A DNA stretch of 43,442 nucleotides from an uncultured Gammaproteobacteria bacterium (GCA_964482065.1 CAYZWC010000001.1:1-43442); one strand, 5' to 3'; counted from the stretch's first letter, positions 33,182 to 42,371 are shown. Notes: generated from the sequence alone by a model not told the origin. A program made the numbers and translations.

Positions 33182-34117
33182 ATGTTGGACAAGATTAAAA
33201 AATTTTTTAAAAAGTACAGAAAAATAATAGCTGTTTTAATACTGGCCGTAGTTTTTATTTTTTTTATTAAAGTTCTTTACGAAAATTTTTCAGAATTGCC
33301 TTTTTATAATTGGGAGATTAATTATTGGTCTTTGGCTGTCTCCTATGTTTTTTTATCCATGTATTTTATAGGAAATGTTTTGATTTGGCGTTTGATTGTG
33401 AAAAAAATGTATAATGATATAGATAAAGGATATTTTTTAAGATTTTTTAAAATATATTTTTTGCCCTATCTCGGAAAGTACGTGCCGGGTAAAATTGTAT
33501 CTTTTTTTGGTAGGGTGTATTTGTCTGAAAAATTTGGCGTTTCAAAATTTTCAGCGGCTGTCAGTATTATTTGGGAACAAGTATTTTCTTTGCTTGCGGC
33601 TGCTTTATTATTTTTGCTTTCATTATTTTTTTGGAAGAGTGTAATACCGCCGGATTATGCTTATTTAATTATACTATCCCTTGTTTTGTTTTTTGTTGTA
33701 TTAAATTCTCCACTTTACAATAAAGCAATTTATTTTGCGTTAAAAAAAATAGGTAAGGGCGATTATAAATTTAAAATAAATTTATCTCGCTTCACGTCTT
33801 TAAAATTTATAATATTTTATGTTTTTCTTTGGGCTGTTTTTGGCGTGTCTTTTTATTTTTTTGTTAATTCAATATATGGAATATCTTGGGAATATTTTTT
33901 CTTGATTTTGGGAATTTATCCAGCTTCTTGGGCGCTTGGAACGTTGTCTTTTTTGACGCCCGGAGGAATAGGTGTGACTGAAGGTGTTTTGGTCGCTTTA
34001 TTGTCAATTTATTTCCCTTTGCCGGTGGCCATAATTATATCCGTTTCATCCAGAATTTGGTTAAGCCTGGGAGAGGCTGTTTGTTTTGGTTTGGCCGCAC
34101 TTATCAAGGAAAAATAA
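33182..34117 (+). CDS. integral membrane protein, lysylphosphatidylglycerol-synthase-TM-region-like (flippase-like, UPF0104)
   Basis: 311-aa ORF with about 8 TM helices, LGKYVPGKIVSFFGRVYL and the C-terminal LTPGGIGVTEG, which is characteristic of this family. Confidence 0.55.
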   Translation: MLDKIKKFFKKYRKIIAVLILAVVFIFFIKVLYENFSELPFYNWEINYWSLAVSYVFLSMYFIGNVLIWRLIVKKMYNDIDKGYFLRFFKIYFLPYLGKYVPGKIVSFFGRVYLSEKFGVSKFSAAVSIIWEQVFSLLAAALLFLLSLFFWKSVIPPDYAYLIILSLVLFFVVLNSPLYNKAIYFALKKIGKGDYKFKINLSRFTSLKFIIFYVFLWAVFGVSFYFFVNSIYGISWEYFFLILGIYPASWALGTLSFLTPGGIGVTEGVLVALLSIYFPLPVAIIISVSSRIWLSLGEAVCFGLAALIKEK

Positions 34118-34155
34118 ATTGTTAGAAATTTGTATTAAGTAATTAAAATAAATAC

Positions 34156-35214
34156 ATGCGCCTAGTTTTTACCGGAGACATTTCTTTGAACGGTGATTAT
34201 TTAAAAAAAGATGGTTTTCCCCGGGATCCCGAAATTTTTCTTTCCGTGCAAAATTTTTTGCGGGATAAGCAAATTGATTTTTTGATTGGTAATTTGGAAT
34301 CGCCGCTGAAAGGTAATGGAGAGAACATACTAAAAGATCCCCGGATTTTTACGGACGCGCTAGCTGCCGAGTCCTTAAAACAACTTTCTCCAGCAGTTTT
34401 TAATTTGGCCAACAACCATATCTATGATTGTTTGGAGGAAGGGTTTAAAAATACGCGGGAATGGTTGCAAAACAATGGTTTTAATTTTTTTGGCGCCGGA
34501 CTTAATTCTGAAGAGGCGGAGAGACCGTTGACTTTGGAGAAAAATGGCGATAAAATCACCATACTGTCTTATGTGGCTCCGGATACGCACCCTTCGTTGC
34601 CGGAAAATTGCGGAGTTTATCTAAACTTGCTAGATCAAGATAAAGTATTGTCTGAAGTTAAAAATTACAGCCAACATGGATTAATTGTGGTAATGCTGCA
34701 TTGGGGTATGGAATTCAGCCTTTATCCGACGCCGGAGCAAAGACATTTCGCGCGTGCCCTGATTGACGCCGGAGCAAAATTGGTTATTGGTCACCATGCT
34801 CATATGCTACAGGGATTAGAATCTTATAAAGACGGTTTTATTTTTTACAATTTAGGCAATCTTGCTTTTGCTGACGTTTATAGCGCGTCCAATCCCGTCT
34901 TGTGGACCACCGAACAATTGCGCGGCGGTTTGGCTCTCATTGATATTAAGGAAGGACAAATAATGAAGGCAGTAATAATTCCTACTTGTATAGATAATTT
35001 AGCGGTAAAAATCGAACAAAATAAAAAGAGGAATAAACAAGTTAAGCGTCGTTCGTTTCCTCTTAAATTAAATATCGCCGCTTATAAAATTTTTTGGAGC
35101 ATTTATTATTTTAAAGATTTTGTTTTCAAGCGCCCTTTTAGGTATTTTTTCGGCGAAAGAAAAAATTTTTTAAAACAGCTTAGTGTAGCCTGGATGAAAA
35201 TTGTAAAAAAATAA
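34156..35214 (+). CDS. CapA-family (PGA_cap) metallophosphatase-fold protein
   Basis: 352-aa ORF with LVFTGDISL, GNLESPL, NLANNHIYD, MLHWGMEF and GHHAHMLQG. Confidence 0.78.
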   Translation: MRLVFTGDISLNGDYLKKDGFPRDPEIFLSVQNFLRDKQIDFLIGNLESPLKGNGENILKDPRIFTDALAAESLKQLSPAVFNLANNHIYDCLEEGFKNTREWLQNNGFNFFGAGLNSEEAERPLTLEKNGDKITILSYVAPDTHPSLPENCGVYLNLLDQDKVLSEVKNYSQHGLIVVMLHWGMEFSLYPTPEQRHFARALIDAGAKLVIGHHAHMLQGLESYKDGFIFYNLGNLAFADVYSASNPVLWTTEQLRGGLALIDIKEGQIMKAVIIPTCIDNLAVKIEQNKKRNKQVKRRSFPLKLNIAAYKIFWSIYYFKDFVFKRPFRYFFGERKNFLKQLSVAWMKIVKK

Positions 35215-35233
35215 ACGCCAAGCGATTTACCAT

Positions 35234-36271
35234 ATGGAAAATAAAAGAAAACTCTACATTCTTTTGGATTATGATAATAGGTTTTATGCCGAATGGGATA
35301 AGAAAGAGTTTAATTTGAAAAAATTCATAACGAGCCTCGGCGCCCGGGGGTTTGAAGTGAAAATTAAGAAGTTTTCGGAAATTGATTTTAGCTCAATCAA
35401 TTTTCGGGGCAGTTTTGTGCTGTATTCAAGTTCGGAGGCGGGTTTTTATAAAGATTATATAGAAGATATTTTATTAGGGATTGAGAAGCAAGGAGGTATT
35501 TTAATTCCTGATTTTTATTTGTTCAGGGCCCATCATAATAAAGTTTTTCAGGAATATTATAAAGATCTTTTTGGTTTTCGAGATTTGGGTGGCCGACCTT
35601 TTGGTTCGCTTAAAGAGTTTGAAGAGAATTTGAGCGAAATTAGTTTGCCCAAAGTTTTAAAAACTCCCGATGCCTTTGGCAGTGCCGGGGTCAGCCTGTC
35701 TAAAGATCAAAAGCAAGCCAGGCGCCAGGCCAAAAAATTATCTGATTCCATAAAATGTTTTGCCAAAAGATCTTATTACCAGACTCGTGCTATTTTAGCC
35801 GCCAAATTGGGAATTCGCGATCGGGAAAGAATATATCGTAACAACACGAGAAAGTTTGTCGTTCAGGAATTTATTCCTAATCTAAAAGATGATTGGAAAA
35901 TTTTAATTTATGGCGAGAAGTATTATGTCTTAAATAGGGAAGTAAGGACGGGAGACTTCAGGGCCAGTGGCAGTGGAAAATTTTCTTATGTCGATCCGCC
36001 CGAAGGCATGCTTGACTATTGCCGCGATATTTTTAACAAGCTTAAAACTCCGTATCTCTCTCTGGATATTGCCTTTGACGGTCAAAAATATTATTTGATT
36101 GAATTTCAGTCGGTTTATTTTGGCTTGTTTACCATTTTAAACGCTAAATATTTTTATGAAAAAGAAGGTGATATTTGGAAAAAAAAAGAATATTTTTCCA
36201 CGGTCGAGGAAGAGATGGCTTTAAGCATTTTTGATTTTCTTGATAAATATTTCAAAGACACGAATAAATAA
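35234..36271 (+). CDS. ATP-grasp domain protein (sugar-transfer-associated / TupA-like type)
   Basis: 345-aa ORF with FVVQEFIPNLKDDWKILIYGEKYYVLNREVRTGDFRASGSG and YLSLDIAFDGQKYYLIEFQ, which match ATP-grasp central and C-terminal motifs. Confidence 0.62.
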   Translation: MENKRKLYILLDYDNRFYAEWDKKEFNLKKFITSLGARGFEVKIKKFSEIDFSSINFRGSFVLYSSSEAGFYKDYIEDILLGIEKQGGILIPDFYLFRAHHNKVFQEYYKDLFGFRDLGGRPFGSLKEFEENLSEISLPKVLKTPDAFGSAGVSLSKDQKQARRQAKKLSDSIKCFAKRSYYQTRAILAAKLGIRDRERIYRNNTRKFVVQEFIPNLKDDWKILIYGEKYYVLNREVRTGDFRASGSGKFSYVDPPEGMLDYCRDIFNKLKTPYLSLDIAFDGQKYYLIEFQSVYFGLFTILNAKYFYEKEGDIWKKKEYFSTVEEEMALSIFDFLDKYFKDTNK

Positions 36272-36279
36272 TTAGCTTT

Positions 36280-37494
36280 ATGAATAAGCTTGCGCAAACA
36301 AGTTTGGTGGGAAAATGTTGGGCGGCCTTCGCTTTGTTTTTAGTTTTTTCGTTGTGGCTTAATTTTAGGCCGGAACTTGGGAATCTTTCTATTCATACGG
36401 CACTATTTTTGATCCCTATTATAGTTTTGGTTATTTTACCTTTTGGGCTGATATCTTTTAGGGGGATGGGCAAGTATATTTTTTTGGCCGGTCTTTTTTT
36501 GGCTATTGTGCTTTTGTCAGCCTTAGTTAATGGTGATTTCAGAGATAGTCTTTTTATAAAATGGTCTGTTAGTTTTTTTATTATGATTTTTGTCGCCTCA
36601 ACGATCAGGAACCGCCAGGATATTGTTTTGATTTCAAAAGCCCTTGTTTTAGCTGTGGGTTTTATGTGTTTGTATGGATTTATAACTTGGACTGGCACTG
36701 GAAATGCAGTAAATCCTTTTAATTTTGCCACAAGAAATGCTCTTTCAAACTGGACGACAGCGGTTTATCCTGTAGTTTTAGTTTTATCGCTTTTTCTTTC
36801 CAAAAAAATAGTCGGAAAAATTTTTTGGGGGCTGGTTTTTATAGTAATTGCCTTGGGGCAGTTTTTCACTCTAAATCGCTCTGCCTGGATAATTATTTTC
36901 CTTTCTATTTTTGCCGTCTTCCTCATGTTTAAGAATAAGAAAAAAATAATTATATATTTTTTGATTTTAGTATTGTCTTTTTATATTGTAGGGTCACAAT
37001 GGTTGGAATTTAATGAAGTTGTTAAACGCTCCCAAAGCCTTTCCTCGGTCGAGAACGTAATTTCCGATAACAGCGTGGTGGATCGCTACGAACAAGGTAA
37101 AAAAACTTTTATTATTTTTTCCCGTTATCCGTTGCTCGGCATTGGCCTTGGTAATTATATTTATTATGACACCGGGATTAATATTAGATATCCAAACGAG
37201 GAGAGCCATTCGGTTTATTTTAATGTTTTGGCCGAAACCGGTATTTTGGGACTTTCCAGTATAGCTCTAATTATTATATTATTGTTTAGTTCTTTGTGGC
37301 ATGCTTACAAAGAGAGCACAAACGATGAGGATCGTTATATAGCTATGATGCTTATGATTTCCATTGCCATGATTTTGATTCGCGGCACCACTACCCATGA
37401 AATTCAGTTTATTCCTATTACGCCCTTAGTGATAGGCTTGGCCATAAGATTTTCTATAATTGCGAATCCGAGCCGCATTCAAGAAAAAAATTAG
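36280..37494 (+). CDS. O-antigen ligase / Wzy-like polymerase family membrane protein
   Basis: 404-aa ORF with about 10 TM helices, a Wzy_C-like segment (LNRSAWIIIFLSIFAVFL) and a large loop containing SRYPLLGIGLGNY. Confidence 0.62.
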   Translation: MNKLAQTSLVGKCWAAFALFLVFSLWLNFRPELGNLSIHTALFLIPIIVLVILPFGLISFRGMGKYIFLAGLFLAIVLLSALVNGDFRDSLFIKWSVSFFIMIFVASTIRNRQDIVLISKALVLAVGFMCLYGFITWTGTGNAVNPFNFATRNALSNWTTAVYPVVLVLSLFLSKKIVGKIFWGLVFIVIALGQFFTLNRSAWIIIFLSIFAVFLMFKNKKKIIIYFLILVLSFYIVGSQWLEFNEVVKRSQSLSSVENVISDNSVVDRYEQGKKTFIIFSRYPLLGIGLGNYIYYDTGINIRYPNEESHSVYFNVLAETGILGLSSIALIIILLFSSLWHAYKESTNDEDRYIAMMLMISIAMILIRGTTTHEIQFIPITPLVIGLAIRFSIIANPSRIQEKN

Positions 37495-37504
37495 AAATAT
37501 ATTT

Positions 37505-38686
37505 ATGAAAATTTTGCATGTCGGACCGGTAATGGGAGGACGCGCCGATGGGCCTTCGCGCAGTATTTTGGGGTTGGCTAGAGGCCAGGCGGATTTGGGA
37601 GAGGAAATTGGGTTGTTGATTTCAGAGCCGACTAATATTAAAGTGAGCGATATTCCTGAAAATATAAAATTATTAGCCGGGCCATCAAAGCGCCATCGTA
37701 ATCCGTTTTTTCTATCCTCCAAATGGATAGAAAAAATTAAGCGGGAATTCGGAACGCCCGACCTAGTTCATTTTCATGATTTTTACATACCATTTCAGTT
37801 TGCTCTGGCTCGTTTGGTTAAAAAAGAAGGCTGGCCATATATTTCATCTCCGCGAGGAAGTTTAAGAATACTTGCTCAACAAAAGAAAGGGTTTAAAAAA
37901 CGTTTGGCCAATTTTCTCTTTGCTAAAAAGTTTTTAGATGAAGCTACTTTTGTCCATGCTTTAAGCAATGAAGAAGCTAAAGAAATGAAAAAGTTTGTAA
38001 ATGAAGAAAGAATTACAATTTCTCCAAACGGAGTCAGCGCTGAATTAATTTCGTTGTCTAAGCGTATTGAGAAGTCCGATTTGGGCGGCTTTTCTCAGCC
38101 GGAAGATTTAGTTTTGATTTATATAGGGAGAATTGACGTTTTTACCAAGGGTCATGATTTGCTTTTGGGTGCCATAAAGAGGCTTCAAGAACGCGGGCAA
38201 GGAGAAGATGTAAAATTGATCATGGTCGGCCCTTACTACACTGAGCAAGATAAGCAAAAAATAAATTCTTTGATGGCCGATTTACCTTATCCTGATAATG
38301 TTAAATTCACCGGACCGCTTTATTCAGATGAAAAATGGCAAATGCTTGCGGCTAGCGACGTTTTTATTTTAACTTCCAGACACGAAGGCATGCCTAACGC
38401 AGCCCTGGAAGCCATGGCTCTGGGGAAACCTTGCCTCGCTACGCCCGGCACCAGTTTGAGAGAAATTTTGGATGAATCCGGAGGGGGCTGGCTTGCAGAA
38501 GAATCAAGCGAGTCCATTGCTCAAAAAATAATGGACATAAAAAGAAATAGAGAGAATATTTCACTACGCGGACGGGCGGCATTAGAGTATATAAAAAACA
38601 AAATGATTTGGGACAAAGTTGCGACAGGAATGCTTGAAAAAATTAAGGCGGCGATGTATAATAAACCAAGTAATAAAATAGGCTAA
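37505..38686 (+). CDS. glycosyltransferase family 4
   Basis: I prefer the ATG at 37505 (MKILHVGPV), because the track start at 37460 overlaps the previous gene. The EX7E region is SRHEGMPNAALEAMALGKPCLATPG. Confidence 0.85.
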   Translation: MKILHVGPVMGGRADGPSRSILGLARGQADLGEEIGLLISEPTNIKVSDIPENIKLLAGPSKRHRNPFFLSSKWIEKIKREFGTPDLVHFHDFYIPFQFALARLVKKEGWPYISSPRGSLRILAQQKKGFKKRLANFLFAKKFLDEATFVHALSNEEAKEMKKFVNEERITISPNGVSAELISLSKRIEKSDLGGFSQPEDLVLIYIGRIDVFTKGHDLLLGAIKRLQERGQGEDVKLIMVGPYYTEQDKQKINSLMADLPYPDNVKFTGPLYSDEKWQMLAASDVFILTSRHEGMPNAALEAMALGKPCLATPGTSLREILDESGGGWLAEESSESIAQKIMDIKRNRENISLRGRAALEYIKNKMIWDKVATGMLEKIKAAMYNKPSNKIG

Positions 38687-38708
38687 AAATTCTTAAATAT
38701 AACAAAAT

Positions 38709-39686
38709 ATGAAAATTTTCATTACCGGCGGAGCCGGATTTATTGGTTCTCATTTGGCCGAAAGCTACCTTCAAGACGGGGATGAAGTTTTTGTAGTAGA
38801 CAATTTTTCCACCGGCAGTCCGGATAATATTGCCCATCTACAGGACAATGATAAATTTCATTTTCATGAAGACACTATTTTTAATCATGAGTTAATGACC
38901 GAACTTATCGGAACTTGTGATTTGATTGTTCATTTAGCCGCGGCTGTTGGCGTAAAATATGTTTTGGATAATCCTTTATCATCTATTCAAACTAATATCA
39001 AGGGGACGGATGTTATTTTGGAACTGTGCAACAAATTCCGCAAGAAAGTTATTTTGGCTTCTACATCGGAGGTTTATGGGAAACACACCCATGCTCCGCT
39101 CGTGGAAACCGATGATATTGTCTACGGCCCTTCCATGACTTGGCGCTGGAGTTATGCCGCTTCCAAACTGGTTGATGAATTTTTTGCCATAGCTTACCAT
39201 CGGGCAAACAAGTTGCCGGTTATTATCGTGCGTCTTTTTAATACAGTCGGTCCGCGCCAAAGCAAAGAGTATGGAATGGTCATCCCGAGATTTATAGATC
39301 AAGCTTATAAAAATTTTCCGATCACGGTTCATGGAGACGGAAAACAGACGCGTACTTTCACCTATGTTTCTGAAGTAGTTGAAGCCTTAAAAAGACTGGG
39401 GAAGAGCGAGGAAGCTATCGGCCAGGTAGTTAATATCGGGGGAACCGAGGAAGTTAGCATTTTGGAATTAGCTGAAAGAATCAAAGATAAAATGAATAGC
39501 CAATCGTCCGTTGACCTTATTCCTTATAATCAGGCTTATCGGAGTGATTTTGAAGATATGACTAGGCGTGTTCCCAGTACGGAAAAATTAAAAAAATTAA
39601 TAAATTTTGCGCCGCAAATAACTTTGGATGAAATTTTGGAAAAAACCATTGAAGACTATAAGCAAAAAATAAAAGGCGATAATTAA
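38709..39686 (+). CDS. extended SDR, NAD-dependent epimerase/dehydratase; resembles the ArnA C-terminal / UDP-glucuronate decarboxylase type
   Basis: 325-aa ORF with TGGAGFIGSHL, STSEVYG, YGPSMTWRWSYAASK (compare the ArnA-type GP...RW.Y..SK) and LFNTVGPRQ. Confidence 0.7.
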   Translation: MKIFITGGAGFIGSHLAESYLQDGDEVFVVDNFSTGSPDNIAHLQDNDKFHFHEDTIFNHELMTELIGTCDLIVHLAAAVGVKYVLDNPLSSIQTNIKGTDVILELCNKFRKKVILASTSEVYGKHTHAPLVETDDIVYGPSMTWRWSYAASKLVDEFFAIAYHRANKLPVIIVRLFNTVGPRQSKEYGMVIPRFIDQAYKNFPITVHGDGKQTRTFTYVSEVVEALKRLGKSEEAIGQVVNIGGTEEVSILELAERIKDKMNSQSSVDLIPYNQAYRSDFEDMTRRVPSTEKLKKLINFAPQITLDEILEKTIEDYKQKIKGDN

Positions 39687-39695
39687 TATTAAAAA

Positions 39696-40697
39696 ATGAA
39701 AGTTAGCATTATAATTCCTTGCCGCAACGAAGAGAAATATATAGCTTGTTGTTTGGATTCTATAATTAAAAATCAAACATTTCAGGGAGAAAAAGAGATT
39801 TTTGTGGTTGATGGCATGAGTACCGATAAAACCAAAAATATTGTAAAAGAATATGAAGAGAAATATGGTTTTGTTCATTTGGTTGACAATCCCAAATTAA
39901 TAGCGGCCGCCGCCCTTAATTTAGGCATTAAGAGATCTTCTGGCGAGATAATAATAAGATTGGACGCACATACCTCATACAGCGAGAATTATATTGCAAA
40001 ATGTTTGGAAACTCTTCAAAAGTACGCAGCGGCCAATGCCGGAGGCAGCATTAAAACCTTGCCGTCGGACAATACTTTATTGGCAAAAGCTATTGCTTTT
40101 TCCATTTCCCATATTTTCGGAGTGGGTCGATCTTTTTTCCGCATCGGAAGTAAAAAAGCGCGCTACGTTGACACCGTACCCTTCGGTTGTTTTCGTCGTG
40201 ATATCTTTGACAAGATAGGATATTTTAATGAGGACCAGCCGAGGAACGAAGATAAAGATTTTAATTCCAGAATTCTTAAAGCCGGAGAGAAAATAATTTT
40301 ATCTCCGGAAATTGTGAGTTTTTATTATTCGCGGGGGACTTTAAAATCTTTTTGGAAACATAATTTTGATAATGGTAAAAAAACCACTAGCCAAATAAGC
40401 TTTGATAATCTTTTCCTGTCCTTGAGGCATTTTATTCCTCTTTTTTGTCTTTTGTCGTTTGCGGTTTTAGCTGTCCTATCCTTTTTTTACCAGCCGTTTA
40501 TTTTTATTATTTTGGGATTAATAATTATTTATATAATATTTAGTTTATCGTTTTCTTTTCAGATTGCCATTAGAGAACGAGATATAAGATATTTTTTCGT
40601 TATGCCTTTTATTTTTTTTCTTTTGCACTTTGGCTATGCTTTGGGGGCTTTATGGGGCATTATAGTTTATAAAAAGCACCGAAGTTTAAATTTTTAG
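39696..40697 (+). CDS. glycosyltransferase family 2 (ExoA-like) with C-terminal TM helices
   Basis: 333-aa ORF with VSIIIPCRNEEKYI, VDGMSTDKT, RLDAH, NEDKDFN and two or three hydrophobic helices at the C-terminus. Confidence 0.82.
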   Translation: MKVSIIIPCRNEEKYIACCLDSIIKNQTFQGEKEIFVVDGMSTDKTKNIVKEYEEKYGFVHLVDNPKLIAAAALNLGIKRSSGEIIIRLDAHTSYSENYIAKCLETLQKYAAANAGGSIKTLPSDNTLLAKAIAFSISHIFGVGRSFFRIGSKKARYVDTVPFGCFRRDIFDKIGYFNEDQPRNEDKDFNSRILKAGEKIILSPEIVSFYYSRGTLKSFWKHNFDNGKKTTSQISFDNLFLSLRHFIPLFCLLSFAVLAVLSFFYQPFIFIILGLIIIYIIFSLSFSFQIAIRERDIRYFFVMPFIFFLLHFGYALGALWGIIVYKKHRSLNF

Positions 40698-40700
40698 TTT

Positions 40701-41306
40701 ATGTTAAAAAGAATTTTTGATTTTATTTTTAGTTTAATAGGTTTGATAATATTGAGTCCATTTTTGATAATTATTGCCATCTTAATAAAGCTGGAAGATG
40801 GCGGTCCCGTTTTTTATCGAGGAAAAAGAATGGGGCGTTTCGGGCGTTTGTTTAAAATATTTAAATTCAGAAGCATGGTGGTCAATGCCGACAAGATTGG
40901 CGGGCCATCAACCGCCGGCGATGATAAGCGTTTGACTAAGGTAGGTAAATTTTTGCGCAAAGCCAAACTTGACGAAATACCTCAGCTTATTAATGTACTA
41001 AAAGGAGAGATGAGCTTTGTCGGTCCGCGCCCGGAAGTGGAGGAATATGCAAAATTGTATAAAGGTGAAGAGAAAGATATTTTAAATTTGCGTCCCGGCA
41101 TAACCGATTACGCTTCTATTTGGAATTCTGACGAAGGTAGCATCTTGGCTGGTGCCGTTGATCCGGAAAAAGTTTATCTAGAAGAGATTAGGCCCAAAAA
41201 AGTTCAACTGCAGCTAAAATATTTTAAAGAAAAATCATTTTTTACGGATATAAAAATAATTTTTATGACTTTGGCTGCAATCGTGAGGAATTGTATTAAA
41301 AAATAA
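40701..41306 (+). CDS. initiating phosphoglycosyl transferase (small PglC/WbaP-C-terminal-type bacterial sugar transferase)
   Basis: 201-aa ORF with an N-terminal re-entrant helix, PVFYRGKRMGRFGRLFKIFKFRSM and DEIPQLINVLKGEMSFVGPRP. Confidence 0.92.
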   Translation: MLKRIFDFIFSLIGLIILSPFLIIIAILIKLEDGGPVFYRGKRMGRFGRLFKIFKFRSMVVNADKIGGPSTAGDDKRLTKVGKFLRKAKLDEIPQLINVLKGEMSFVGPRPEVEEYAKLYKGEEKDILNLRPGITDYASIWNSDEGSILAGAVDPEKVYLEEIRPKKVQLQLKYFKEKSFFTDIKIIFMTLAAIVRNCIKK

Positions 41307-41312
41307 TTTATT

Positions 41313-42326
41313 ATGGAAGATAAAAAAGAAAAAATAAAAGAAGATAATATTATTATTGCCGATCCCGAGCTGCTTAAAAAAATGTATCGGATCATGCTGA
41401 AAATACGTTTGGTTGAAGAAACTATTGCCGATACTTTATCTCTTCGACCTGAAGAGATTGTTTGTCCATGCCATTTATATGTGGGGCAGGAGGCTGTCGC
41501 CGCTGGAGTTTGTGCGGCGCTTGGAGAAAAAGATTATGTTTTTAGCACGCATCGTAGTCATGGGCATTTTTTGGCAAAGGGTGGTGATTTGAAAGAATTT
41601 TTCGCTGAAGTTTATGGAAAAGACACCGGCTGTTCCGGGGGTCGCGGCGGTTCCATGCATTTAGTTGACCCCAGAATTGGGTTTTTGGGATCTTCAGCTA
41701 TTGTTGGCAGCGGAATTTCTTTGGCCTGCGGAGCCGGCTTGGCTTCCATGCTGCGAAAAGACGGACATCTGGCTGTTACGTTCTTTGGCGACGGCGCTGT
41801 GGGCGAGGGAGTATTTCACGAAACTCTTAATTTTGCCGCTCTTAATAAAATTCCTGTTATTTTTGTATGTGAGAATAATTTGAACGCCACTCACATGCCG
41901 ATTTCCGAATCTTTATCCAATACTAATATTATTGAGTATGCGGATGCGCATAAAATACCTTCGGAAAGAGTTGATGGCAATGATGTAGTTGCGGTATTCG
42001 AGACCGCCGCCAGGCTGGCAGAAAGAGTCAGAGCGGGAGAGGGACCTGTTTTTATGGAATGTATGACTTATCGTTGGCGCGGACATGTGGGACCGAATTT
42101 TGATATTGATAAAGGTTTGCGTACGCGGGAAGAAGTAGATAGCTGGATAGAGAAATGTCCCATTAAAAAGCAAGAAAATATTTTAGCGGAACGTGATATT
42201 CTATCTCCTGATGAAATGGAAGCAATTAAAAAACAATTAAAAGACGAAATTAACGCGGCTTTGGAATTTGCCAAAGAAAGCGCTTATCCGAAGAATTCAG
42301 ATTTTTCCGCTGAAGTTTTTAAATAA
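41313..42326 (+). CDS. thiamine-diphosphate-dependent 2-oxoacid dehydrogenase E1 alpha-subunit homologue
   Basis: 337-aa ORF with HRSHGHFLAKG, the TPP motif FFGDGAVGEGVFHETLNFAALNKIPVIFVCENN and YRWRGH. No E1 beta gene follows. Confidence 0.8.
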   Translation: MEDKKEKIKEDNIIIADPELLKKMYRIMLKIRLVEETIADTLSLRPEEIVCPCHLYVGQEAVAAGVCAALGEKDYVFSTHRSHGHFLAKGGDLKEFFAEVYGKDTGCSGGRGGSMHLVDPRIGFLGSSAIVGSGISLACGAGLASMLRKDGHLAVTFFGDGAVGEGVFHETLNFAALNKIPVIFVCENNLNATHMPISESLSNTNIIEYADAHKIPSERVDGNDVVAVFETAARLAERVRAGEGPVFMECMTYRWRGHVGPNFDIDKGLRTREEVDSWIEKCPIKKQENILAERDILSPDEMEAIKKQLKDEINAALEFAKESAYPKNSDFSAEVFK

Positions 42327-42328
42327 AA

Positions 42329-42356
42329 AAATCCCATCGAAAGTTCGGCGGGATTT
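42329..42356. terminator. bidirectional hairpin terminator between convergent genes
   Basis: The outer stem pairs aaatccc (42329-42335) with gggattt (50-56); an inner cgaa/ttcg helix lies within. An A-run lies upstream, which reads as a T-run for the minus-strand gene, and tttgttgtt lies downstream. Confidence 0.6.
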
Positions 42357-42371
42357 GTTGTTAGTTGTAGT

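Noticed and set aside
39696-40697. GT2 as an ArnC/GtrB-type polyprenyl-phosphate sugar synthase.
   Set aside because: The soluble domain resembles ExoA-type GT2 enzymes (DAH, NEDKDFN, Y.SRG..K) at least as well. C-terminal TM helices alone do not discriminate between the two. I kept the generic GT2 call and mention the Arn/Gtr idea only as a hypothesis.
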